Source: Hyphomicrobiales bacterium
GTDB taxonomy: Bacteria; Pseudomonadota; Alphaproteobacteria; Rhizobiales; Xanthobacteraceae
Reading direction: 5' to 3'
Assembly: GCA_019243195.1 (NCBI GenBank)
Contig: JAFAUQ010000007.1
Span: 15 to 64,014, forward strand
Length of the DNA stretch: 64,000 bases
In this document: positions 21,014 to 28,957 of the stretch, one piece after another
How positions within the stretch are numbered: the stretch's first letter is position 1
Layout: every line of letters starts with the position of its first letter
Translations under genes and position numbers: made by a program
The notes under the pieces: model-generated
Databases searched by the model: none
What the model was told of the DNA's origin: nothing
What the model saw: only the letters and a program-made list of their open reading frames with translations

Positions 21014-22570
21014 TCATTCCCATTCTCCAGCCAACACGTTCGCTGGAACTGCACCTGCATCGCTTTCGCTGAACGTGCGGACAAGATTACGAAGGCGATG
21101 AAGCTTGTCGTCGGCGGTGCAATTCGTCACGCGTCGATTGCCCGTGGCCTTGCCGTTCTGAATTCGGCAAGTTCCGCCGCACAGATTGCGAATATCGCAT
21201 CGGTTACAGCCGAGATTATGATCGACGTCGTACTCTTGCGCCACGCCTTCGAGCATGCCGATCAGCGCCGCCATGGGTTGCTTGTCCACGTGCGTGATCG
21301 CCCCGTCCAAAAGATGGCAGGGATGAACAGATCCATCCGAGGCGACCACAATCTGCTCGGCGTAGCCGCAGCCCTTGGTCCTGCGGGCAATCCGCGGGCC
21401 CGCACTTCCCTCGATCTGCTCCATCATCTGCTCGACCACGGGGCGGGTGTCGTTGATGTCGAGGGAATCCTCGATGTCGTCGCCTCGTCCGTGGTGGGTG
21501 AGCCCGTAGCCGAGGCGGAATTCGACATTTCGCCCGTCCCAGCGCTTGGTGAAATCGATGAACCCGGCCTTCATTGCGGCCCAGTTGCGTTCCATTACGA
21601 CCATGCCGATGCGGACACGCACCCCCGCGGCGACCAGGAAGTCCACCGCCTCGACGGCCCGCCGGAAGCTGCCAGGTCCGCGGATCGGATCGTTTGTAGC
21701 AGCGTCGGGGCCGTCGATGCTTATCTGCACCTGATCGACATAGCTGCGAATGGCGTCGATGTGGCGCTGGATCAAGATGCCGTTCGAGAACAGCGTCACG
21801 TCGAGGCGGCGCGCATGGGCACGCTCAAGCAGACGGTCGCATCCCGGATAAACCAAGGCCTCCCCGCCGGTGAACAGGATTCGCTCGCCGCCAGCGTCGG
21901 CGAAATCGTCGATAACCTTCAGCCACCTCTCGACCGACATCTGTCCTTTGGTTGAAACATGCGGACTCGAATCGGCATAGCAATGCACACAACTCAGATT
22001 GCATCGTTGCGTTAGATGAAGGCGCATGAAACGCCGCGGCTGCGGCTTCCAGACATCGGTATACCCTTCGATACCGCGGACGAAACCCGCCGTCGCGAGC
22101 CGGCCGATCAACGCATGGACCTGAGCAGCAACCCGGCGTCTCGTTCTTGCGCCGCGATCGCCGGCGATTAGCGCCGCGATCGCGTCAGGGGGCGTGCCGT
22201 CGCGCAGGCGCAGGAACAGCGCGTGTTCCTGCTTCGACATCGTGATGGCTATCCCTTCCTCAACACCGATCCAAAGGTGCGCGCCGTCCACAAGCCGATG
22301 CGAAAGCGTTTCCACCAGCGGCAGCGGCGTGCCGAGCGGCACCCGATACTTTCCCTCGCCGGTCTGCACGGCTGGCGGCGCGTCGCGCATTGATTGCGGC
22401 GCGCGCCACAGTTCGTGCAGCGTCGTGCGATCCAACTCGCGCTTGCCTTCGATGATATGGGCGGCGAGGGCATCCGGGCGGGGCAGTTCATACGAACTCG
22501 CCGGCGCCAGGCGACTTGGCGGAGGGGCAATAACCGATGCTGAGGATCGCCCGCGTGCCAGTTCAGGCAT
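21014..22570 (-). CDS. radical SAM/SPASM-domain peptide-modifying enzyme with N-terminal PqqD/RRE-like domain
   Basis: CNLSCVHC (Cx3Cx2C). C-terminal SPASM pattern GSVHPC...CNRCDIRNLCGGTC...C. N-terminal SKQEHALFLRLRDGTPPDAIAALIAG...ALIGRLATAGFV resembles PqqD-type RRE. ATG 22570 has AAGGTG upstream (alternative TTG 22591). Confidence 0.9.
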   Translation of the reverse strand: MPELARGRSSASVIAPPPSRLAPASSYELPRPDALAAHIIEGKRELDRTTLHELWRAPQSMRDAPPAVQTGEGKYRVPLGTPLPLVETLSHRLVDGAHLWIGVEEGIAITMSKQEHALFLRLRDGTPPDAIAALIAGDRGARTRRRVAAQVHALIGRLATAGFVRGIEGYTDVWKPQPRRFMRLHLTQRCNLSCVHCYADSSPHVSTKGQMSVERWLKVIDDFADAGGERILFTGGEALVYPGCDRLLERAHARRLDVTLFSNGILIQRHIDAIRSYVDQVQISIDGPDAATNDPIRGPGSFRRAVEAVDFLVAAGVRVRIGMVVMERNWAAMKAGFIDFTKRWDGRNVEFRLGYGLTHHGRGDDIEDSLDINDTRPVVEQMMEQIEGSAGPRIARRTKGCGYAEQIVVASDGSVHPCHLLDGAITHVDKQPMAALIGMLEGVAQEYDVDHNLGCNRCDIRNLCGGTCRIQNGKATGNRRVTNCTADDKLHRLRNLVRTFSESDAGAVPANVLAGEWE

Positions 22571-22757
22571 GACCCGCACCTTTGAAGACAACCGTTAGTC
22601 GTCGCACCAAATATTATAAGTAGCATCCCATGGTTGAAATGGGCTGTCAATCCGAATATCGTAATCGGTGCGCGCCCGCGGCGGAGCCTCTCGGCGCTCT
22701 GGCCGGTGCCGGAAGGCCGTCGACACTTGCGTTCGGACGCGCGTGCGGAGCGGGACC
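22571..22757. promoter_or_regulatory. divergent intergenic control region of the cassette
   Basis: 187-bp gap between divergently transcribed rSAM operons, containing the only AT-rich stretch locally (caccaaatattataagtagcatcc). Confidence 0.4.
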
Positions 22758-24440
22758 ATGCTTGTTTGCGCACCATTCCATTCGGTCGCCAACCCACCCG
22801 TCGGCATGGCGTACCTCGCCTCTTATCTGGGGGAACGCGGCATCGACTGCCGGCCGCGTGACATCAACATAGAGGCGCGGGAATTTGTCCGCGCGCTTCC
22901 CGGGCCGGACGGTAAGCCGGGCGCATTTGCCGCGATCGCAGATGATCTGTTTGCCTTGGCGCGCAGGACGTATCTCGGCGAGGCCGCGGCCTGGTCGTGG
23001 TTCGATTCGGGCGGCCTCGAAGCGGTCGCTGCGCGTGCCCTGAATCATCCGGTCAAGGCGATCCGCGACTTCTGGAGGGGCGCGGAGATAGAGCGTCTGG
23101 TCTCTGACGGCGCGCTGCGCCACGTGAGCGCCGCTCTGCACGATTGGCTTCTGCGCCAAGCCGAGGCGATTGCAGGCGCTGCGGCCGGTTGGGTCGGCTT
23201 TTCGACCACCATAACGAATTTCGCGCCGACCTTGTTCCTCGCGCGACGCATGCGCGAACTCGATCCGGATTTGCTGCTCATCATCGGCGGACCGCACATC
23301 TCGGCTCGCAACGCGGCCCAGATCCTGCGCGCGTGCCGCGTATTCGACTTTGCCGTGCCGACACCGGCGTTCGCGGCGCTTGAATCTTTGCTCGCCGACA
23401 TCGGTCGCGCACGGCACGGGCCCTTGCCGCCCGGCGTCTGGCGGGCGCGACGCGAGGCCACCTCCGGCAATGGTTCGTCCGCCGCCTCCGCCGTTGACAT
23501 CGAGTGTGGCAGCGGACAGGTCCGCATGGATCTCAACGCACTGCCGCCGGCGGATTGGACCTGGGCACGCCTCTCCCGTTACGACTCCGGCTTTTTGATG
23601 AAGAACACATCCGGCGATTTCACCAAATGGTATCCTACCATCCCGGTGCAGACATCGCGCGGATGCTCTTACAGCCGGTGCAAGTTCTGCCACAACGTCG
23701 TCGACTATCCAAAGTACAGCATGCAGCGTCCCGAACGCGTCGCCCAGGAGGTCAGGCATCAGATCGCCACGGTCGGCAGCCGCGGCTTTTTCTTCACCGA
23801 CGACGAGTTCAGCGGCTCGCGCAGGCGCACGGTCGAGATTGGCCGCGAGTTGCGGGCGCTGGATGAGGAGGTTCGATACTCCTGCTGGGTCCGTCTTGAC
23901 AAAATCGATGCCGAATTACTCGACGATATGTACGCCGCGGGAGCGCGCCAGCTGTTCATCGGAGTCGAGGCCGTAGATGACGACATTCTGCTGCTCATGG
24001 ACAAGGGCTACGGCTCACGCGAAGCGCTGCGCAACCTGAAGCTTCTGTACCAGTTCGCAGACCGTCATCCGGATCTGGTCTACGTCTTCAATCTCATAGT
24101 GGATTATCCCGGCGAGACGCTCGCATCCGTCCGCAGAACCCTCGCCGTCGTGGCTGAGAACCCCGAGCTGTTCGTCGGCAAGGTCGCCGCCTGCTGCGTG
24201 TTCCATCTGTACGAGGGGACGCCGGCTTTCGAGCAACTGGGAGACGGCGCCACCGCGTGCATCGATCCGCTCCTGCCGGCCGATGTCACGGTCCCGGACC
24301 TACGCTATCTATATCCGCCGGTCGGTGTCGAAACCCGTCCCGACCGTATGGAGATTTGGTCGGCGATTGCGGAATTCGTGCGCTTCAAGGAACCCCACGA
24401 TCATGGTCACTCGCGCAACACGGTCGCGATCTACGACTGA
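22758..24440 (+). CDS. B12-binding-domain radical SAM protein (class B type), second copy
   Basis: GGAG 8 nt upstream of the ATG; N-terminal MLVCAPFHSVANPPVGMAYLASYL; core SRGCSYSRCKFCHN (Cx4Cx2C); GVEAVDDDILLLMDKG. Confidence 0.85.
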   Translation: MLVCAPFHSVANPPVGMAYLASYLGERGIDCRPRDINIEAREFVRALPGPDGKPGAFAAIADDLFALARRTYLGEAAAWSWFDSGGLEAVAARALNHPVKAIRDFWRGAEIERLVSDGALRHVSAALHDWLLRQAEAIAGAAAGWVGFSTTITNFAPTLFLARRMRELDPDLLLIIGGPHISARNAAQILRACRVFDFAVPTPAFAALESLLADIGRARHGPLPPGVWRARREATSGNGSSAASAVDIECGSGQVRMDLNALPPADWTWARLSRYDSGFLMKNTSGDFTKWYPTIPVQTSRGCSYSRCKFCHNVVDYPKYSMQRPERVAQEVRHQIATVGSRGFFFTDDEFSGSRRRTVEIGRELRALDEEVRYSCWVRLDKIDAELLDDMYAAGARQLFIGVEAVDDDILLLMDKGYGSREALRNLKLLYQFADRHPDLVYVFNLIVDYPGETLASVRRTLAVVAENPELFVGKVAACCVFHLYEGTPAFEQLGDGATACIDPLLPADVTVPDLRYLYPPVGVETRPDRMEIWSAIAEFVRFKEPHDHGHSRNTVAIYD

Positions 24441-25104
24441 AGCCGTCGCGCCGCCGGGCTCGCGCGGGCTGATCCGCTGGGTTGCGAAGGCGGGAAGCCG
24501 CGGCGGACGGTTTCGCATTCCAATCCGGACGGTTGGTGGCCCGCGCGACGGATATTTTCATCTTGACTGGGTGAAGTGTGCGACACGTCTATCGTCCAGG
24601 CAATGCGATGAGATCATCAGAACAGGGGAAGGGTTCGCGCCGGAGGCGCCGACGGTCGTTGGCGAGAACATTCTTTCTGCGCACCGGGTCGGACACGTAC
24701 GTCTGCTTCCCGACGTCGCCCAGACCGAGCCGATTTATCGTCTGCTGTGGGACGTAGCCGCCGACGCGGCAAATCGGCACTACGGGCTGGCCATCACCGG
24801 CATTACCCGCATGCCGCATTACGTCGAGTATCACGCCGGCTATGGGCACTTCCACTGGCACAACGATTACAGTCACGAGTCGCAGGAATCGCCTCGCAAG
24901 TTGACCGTCATCGTGCAACTCAGTGACGGCGACGACTACGACGGCGGCGACCTGCAAGTCTTCAATGTTGCGCCTGAAGCGATGCCGCGCGAGCGGGGCA
25001 CCATCATCTGCCTGCCGTCATTCGTCACGCACCGCGTAACGCCGGTAAGCGCCGGCGTGCGACGGATCGTGGTTGCCTGGATCGCGGGCCCGAGGCTGGT
25101 ATGA
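24403..25104 (+). CDS. 2OG-Fe(II) oxygenase (P4H/PKHD-like), ligands intact
   Basis: HWHNDY (HxD), THRVTPV distal His, GVRRIVVAW Arg. Start uncertain: ATG 24403 overlaps the upstream gene; alternative GTG 24571. Confidence 0.8.
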   Translation: MVTRATRSRSTTEAVAPPGSRGLIRWVAKAGSRGGRFRIPIRTVGGPRDGYFHLDWVKCATRLSSRQCDEIIRTGEGFAPEAPTVVGENILSAHRVGHVRLLPDVAQTEPIYRLLWDVAADAANRHYGLAITGITRMPHYVEYHAGYGHFHWHNDYSHESQESPRKLTVIVQLSDGDDYDGGDLQVFNVAPEAMPRERGTIICLPSFVTHRVTPVSAGVRRIVVAWIAGPRLV

Positions 25105-25889
25105 GCGTCGCGGCGATAGCGCGCGCGTCCGGCGAGACGAAGTCGAGCCGACCAAGGTACGATGTAGCCCGCATTATAAGCACGATCCGCGAGCGCGGCT
25201 TCTGCGTGGTTCCCAACCTGATCCCGGGTCGCCGCTGCGACGCCCTCGGTGCGGCGCTGCGGCGTCTGCTCCGGGAGGAAGAGCAGGTCAACAGGCGGCC
25301 AAACGGCCATCAGCGCGTTCTCCATCTGGCGGCGAAGCATGCTCGTTTTGTCGACCTGGTGACGCATCCGCTGGTGCTGTCGGTGTGGCGCGGTTATCTG
25401 GGCGACGACATGCTATGCTCGTCGCTGACTGCCAACGCGCTTTGGCCGGGCTGCAGCGAGCAGTACTGGCATGTCGACCACCCGTATTGGACGATGGCGC
25501 AGCCCTATCCAGTCGACCTGCCGCTCGCAACGCAGACGATCTGGATGTTGGACGATTTCACCGTCGAGAACGGGGCGACGGCTGGAATCGCGGGGAGCCA
25601 TCGTCGGCCGCATCTTCCGAGCATCGGTGCAGCATGGACCGAAGAGGGCACGATTTTTACCGGTCGCCGCGGCAGCGCTGTTCTGATGGATGGAGCGCTC
25701 TGGCATACGTCGCGCCCGAATCTTACCGAGGCGATGCGCTGCGGAGTTCTGGTTAAGTACATTCGCAGCTTCTGCGTTACACAAGAGGACATGCGCCTGC
25801 AGCTCGCAGCGATCAAGCGCCCGTCGAAAACGGTCGAGCAACTTTTCGGCGCCCATCAGTATGTGCCCACCCGCAGCTTTCCTTATTAG
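25101..25889 (+). CDS. phytanoyl-CoA dioxygenase (PhyH) family Fe/2OG oxygenase (PhnY/TmpA-like position)
   Basis: ATGA overlap with the upstream stop; GFCVVPNLI, YWHVDHP (HxD), ENGATAGIAGSH, ALWHTSRPN. Confidence 0.85.
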   Translation: MSVAAIARASGETKSSRPRYDVARIISTIRERGFCVVPNLIPGRRCDALGAALRRLLREEEQVNRRPNGHQRVLHLAAKHARFVDLVTHPLVLSVWRGYLGDDMLCSSLTANALWPGCSEQYWHVDHPYWTMAQPYPVDLPLATQTIWMLDDFTVENGATAGIAGSHRRPHLPSIGAAWTEEGTIFTGRRGSAVLMDGALWHTSRPNLTEAMRCGVLVKYIRSFCVTQEDMRLQLAAIKRPSKTVEQLFGAHQYVPTRSFPY

Positions 25890-26506
25890 TGAGAGCGACG
25901 ATGCGGACCGGTTCAAAAAATGCGGGGGTACGGACGAGACGAAAGGTGCGCCGTGCCATCATTCAAAGCACGCCCGAAATGCCGAGTCTGGTGCTCAAAT
26001 GGCTGCGCCGTCTGCGCCGCGACGTAAATGGTCGACGGGTCGACCAGCTCACACACAGTTTGCAAACCGCGACGCTCGCCTTTCAGGCCGGCGCCGCCGA
26101 CGACATCATCGTCGCGGCGCTCTGTCACGACATCGGCAAGGCCGTATCCTGGGTCGACCACGGCAGGCGCAGCGCGGATATTATCAAGCCCTATGTAACG
26201 TCCGCAGCGTACTGGGTCGTTGCTGCCCACGACGACTTCCTTGCTGTCTACAACATCAACCGGAGCGGGCTCGACCCCTACGCGTTTCGCGAGAAGCACG
26301 CTCGGAGACGCTGGTACAAGACCGCGGTCGTGTTCGCCGATGAATGGGATTCGATGGCGTACGATCCAACGATCAAACCGTTGTCATTGCGCTATTTTGA
26401 ACCCCTGATCCGCCGAGTGTTTGCGGCTACCCGCAGGCGAGCGGAACGGGATACGGGACTGGCGCTCATCCAGGAGCTGGAGAGCGTCATACCGGCAGAT
26501 CGCTGA
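25889..26506 (+). CDS. HD-domain protein, PhnZ/TmpB/MIOX-like (putative mixed-valent diiron oxygenase)
   Basis: QLTHSLQTATLAFQAGAADDIIVAALCHDIGK then DHG.., AAHDD.., ADEWD gives an H..HD..H..H..D pattern; GTG 25889 overlaps the PhyH stop (alternative ATG 25901). Confidence 0.75.
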   Translation: MRATMRTGSKNAGVRTRRKVRRAIIQSTPEMPSLVLKWLRRLRRDVNGRRVDQLTHSLQTATLAFQAGAADDIIVAALCHDIGKAVSWVDHGRRSADIIKPYVTSAAYWVVAAHDDFLAVYNINRSGLDPYAFREKHARRRWYKTAVVFADEWDSMAYDPTIKPLSLRYFEPLIRRVFAATRRRAERDTGLALIQELESVIPADR

Positions 26507-26565
26507 GTTCGGCCGATTTCTCCCTGAAGTGATCCTATCGGGTGGATACCCGCTCGAGCATGATG

Positions 26566-26612
26566 GCGAAAAGTGGGTATCGCTTTTCGTAAAACATCAT
26601 GCTCGGCGGCAG
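26566..26612. repeat. REP-like hairpin, family E ('gaaaagtgggtaYcg.ttttcg' core)
   Basis: gagcatgatggcgaaaagtgggtatcgcttttcgtaaaacatcatgctc is a perfect-ended palindrome; a related copy in opposite orientation lies at 41237-41312. Confidence 0.55.
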
Positions 26613-26722
26613 CTAAGACGTGACGACGATTCGAAGAAAGTCATTACGCTCTGACGACGGGAGCGAGTTCCATCATCCCGCCATCAACGCGACCGCCGGC
26701 CGCCTTAGGTCCCCTTGCAAAA

Positions 26723-27787
26723 TTAATTCAACCGCAGTTCAAGAATGTGCCGCTTGTCGGGCTTGAGTTCGCCCTTCTCGACGCGTTTGACGATCTCGGT
26801 GAGCGCCGCGTTCGCGGGCGTTGACATCCCGAGTTCCTTGCCCTTGCCGACGACGAGCCCGTTCAAAAACTCGATCTCGGTGCGGCGGCCCTTGACCATG
26901 TCCTGGCCCATGGAGGGGCGATGCGCCCCGCCGCCGGGCTTTTTGGCCTCGGCAAGGCGATGGTCGTCGTAGGTGCGCTTCGCCGCCACGTCGCCTTCGC
27001 CGGCGCGCGCGATGATTTCCGGGTCGATGTGATAAATCTCCTCGAGCGCGTACCCGAGCGCCTGCCCCACGCGGATTGCCTCGCTGCCGAGGCGGGCGCC
27101 GAAGTGGCGCAACCCGTCATCGAGCAGAATGTCGCGGGAGATGAGCCCGGTCGAGGCCGACATCCCGTTGCCCATGGCGTTGATGACGAGCTTCGACCAG
27201 CGCTCGCCCCACAGATTGCCGGTCACCTTGGCGGAGTCTGCATTCGCCAGCAGGCGGCAGACCTCGCGCGCGCGGTCGGTCTCGATGCCATGGACCTCGC
27301 CCACGCGGAAGACGGTGTGGGCCTCGCCATGCTTGCCGCCGGCGCGGCGCACGTGGCCCGGCTCGCACAGCTCGACGGTGATGGAGCTTGCGATCGAGCC
27401 GAGCGTCTTGCCCCAGCCGACGACGCCCGCGATCGTTTCCTCGTTCATGCAGTTCTGCAGCGACACGACGAAGCCGCCCGGCGCGAGGTACTGGCGGATC
27501 ATCGCGGTTGCCCAGCCGGTGTCGTAGGACTTGGTGCACACGAAGGCGATGTCGATCGGCTTTTCCTTGGCAAGCGCTTGCAACTCGGTCACGTGCAGCG
27601 CGCGCGCTGGCGTCGTAAACTCGGGGACATCGCGCAGGTGGCTGATCCGCAGGCCTTTGCTGCGCATCGTCTCAACGTTCTCCGGCCAGAAGTCGACGAA
27701 GATCACGTCTTCGCCGGCCTTCGCCATGTGGGCACCCGCATAGCCGCCGACCGCGCCGGTGCCGACGATCGCAATCCTCGCTCCCAT
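26723..27787 (-). CDS. 2-dehydropantoate 2-reductase family (ApbA/PanE) oxidoreductase
   Basis: N-terminal Rossmann motif [21 protein letters not shown]; length and C-terminal helical domain fit the ketopantoate reductase family. Confidence 0.8.
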   Translation of the reverse strand: MGARIAIVGTGAVGGYAGAHMAKAGEDVIFVDFWPENVETMRSKGLRISHLRDVPEFTTPARALHVTELQALAKEKPIDIAFVCTKSYDTGWATAMIRQYLAPGGFVVSLQNCMNEETIAGVVGWGKTLGSIASSITVELCEPGHVRRAGGKHGEAHTVFRVGEVHGIETDRAREVCRLLANADSAKVTGNLWGERWSKLVINAMGNGMSASTGLISRDILLDDGLRHFGARLGSEAIRVGQALGYALEEIYHIDPEIIARAGEGDVAAKRTYDDHRLAEAKKPGGGAHRPSMGQDMVKGRRTEIEFLNGLVVGKGKELGMSTPANAALTEIVKRVEKGELKPDKRHILELRLN

Positions 27788-27900
27788 TGCACTTCCTCCA
27801 GCTCTTCTGTCTTGAAATTGGCATAGCACGCGAAAGCGAGACTTGCAGCCAATCCATCACAACGCCACTAATCTCCTGCGCCGTTGTGCAGGAGGCGAGC

Positions 27901-28887
27901 ATGGCAACTTTCAAAGCGATCCGGATCGAGAAGGCCGAGAAAGGCCAGAGCGTCGCGCTCGTCGACTTCGACGAGAAGGACCTCATGGACGGCGACGTCA
28001 CCGTGAACGTCGCATGGTCGACCGTGAACTATAAGGACGGACTCGCGCTGACCGGCAAGGCGCCGGTGGTGCGCCGCTTTCCGATGATCCCGGGGATCGA
28101 TCTCGCCGGCACGGTCGAGGCCTCGTCCAATCCCGCCTGGAGGCCGGGCGACCAGATCATCCTCAATGGCTTCGGCTTGGGCGAAACTCATCTCGGGGGC
28201 TACGCCGAAAAGGCGCGGGTCAAGGGCGACTGGTTGGTGGCGCTGCCCTCCAGCATGAGCGGACGCGACGCCATGGCGATCGGCACGGCCGGTTACACGG
28301 CGATGCTCGCTATCCTCGCGCTCGAGCACCATGGCGTAACCCCCGACCACGGCCCCGTGGTGGTGACGGGGGCGGCCGGCGGGCTCGGCTCGGTTGCGGT
28401 CGCGGTGCTTGCCAAGCTCGGCTACCGGGTCATCGCCTCGACCGGCCGGCCGCAGGAGGCGGGCTACCTCAGGGATCTCGGAGCCAGCGACATCATCGAA
28501 CGCGCTGAACTGAGCGGGACGCCCCGGCCGCTCGGGCGGGAGCGCTGGGCCGGGGGAATCGATACGGTCGGCTCGACCACCCTCGCCAACGTTCTCTCCA
28601 TGACGAGTTATGGCGGCGCCGTGGCGGCCTGCGGCCTTGCCGGCGGAATGGATCTCCCGACGAGCGTCGCGCCCTTCATTCTGCGCGGGGTGTGTCTTTT
28701 GGGCATCGATTCCGTGATGTGTTCGCTGGAACGGCGCCGAACAGCTTGGAATCGCTTGGCTTCCGACCTCGATCGGGGCAAACTGGCGGCGATGACGAGC
28801 GAAGTCGGCCTGGGGCAGGTGCAGGACCTCGGCTCGGCCATCCTCGAGGGGCGGGTGCGCGGTCGAATCGTGGTCAAGATTGGGTAA
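27901..28887 (+). CDS. YhdH/AcuI-type NADPH:quinone/acrylyl-CoA reductase (MDR family)
   Basis: [11 protein letters not shown]...[36 protein letters not shown] is the YhdH/YhfP subfamily signature. Confidence 0.85.
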   Translation: MATFKAIRIEKAEKGQSVALVDFDEKDLMDGDVTVNVAWSTVNYKDGLALTGKAPVVRRFPMIPGIDLAGTVEASSNPAWRPGDQIILNGFGLGETHLGGYAEKARVKGDWLVALPSSMSGRDAMAIGTAGYTAMLAILALEHHGVTPDHGPVVVTGAAGGLGSVAVAVLAKLGYRVIASTGRPQEAGYLRDLGASDIIERAELSGTPRPLGRERWAGGIDTVGSTTLANVLSMTSYGGAVAACGLAGGMDLPTSVAPFILRGVCLLGIDSVMCSLERRRTAWNRLASDLDRGKLAAMTSEVGLGQVQDLGSAILEGRVRGRIVVKIG

Positions 28888-28957
28888 ACGTGTTCAGGAT
28901 TTCTCCACGATCGTCAGGCATGCTCGATCCGCGTCAGGTTAACAGGGGGTTAAAGCC

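Noticed and set aside
20672-21955. 427-aa plus-strand ORF across the precursor gap and the SPASM gene
   Set aside because: Antisense to a radical SAM/SPASM gene with canonical motifs; no motifs of its own.
22595-22872. Small ORFs (70-80 aa) in and around the divergent intergenic region, considered as alternative precursor peptides
   Set aside because: They mostly overlap the N-terminus of the B12-rSAM gene in other frames, lack SD sequences, and have Arg/Pro-rich shadow-like composition.
18784-26506. Interpretation of the B12-rSAM + PhyH + PhnZ-like genes as a phosphonate biosynthetic or catabolic cluster
   Set aside because: No PEP mutase, phosphonopyruvate decarboxylase, aminotransferase or phosphonate transporter is present in the window. 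The RRE-fused SPASM enzyme and the adjacent small ORF favour a peptide substrate. Kept only as an analogy for the PhyH/HD pair.
26421-26654. 77-aa ORF (…HDGEKWVSLFVKHHARRQLRRDDDSKKVITL)
   Set aside because: Encoded entirely by a palindromic REP-like element that recurs at 41237-41312, so it is a repeat-derived pseudo-ORF.
12107-26722. att-type direct repeats, tRNA or integrase delimiting the island
   Set aside because: By eye I found no convincing shared repeat between the two edges, no tRNA-like sequence and no integrase or transposase ORF. Mobility therefore remains an inference from composition and the primase remnant only.
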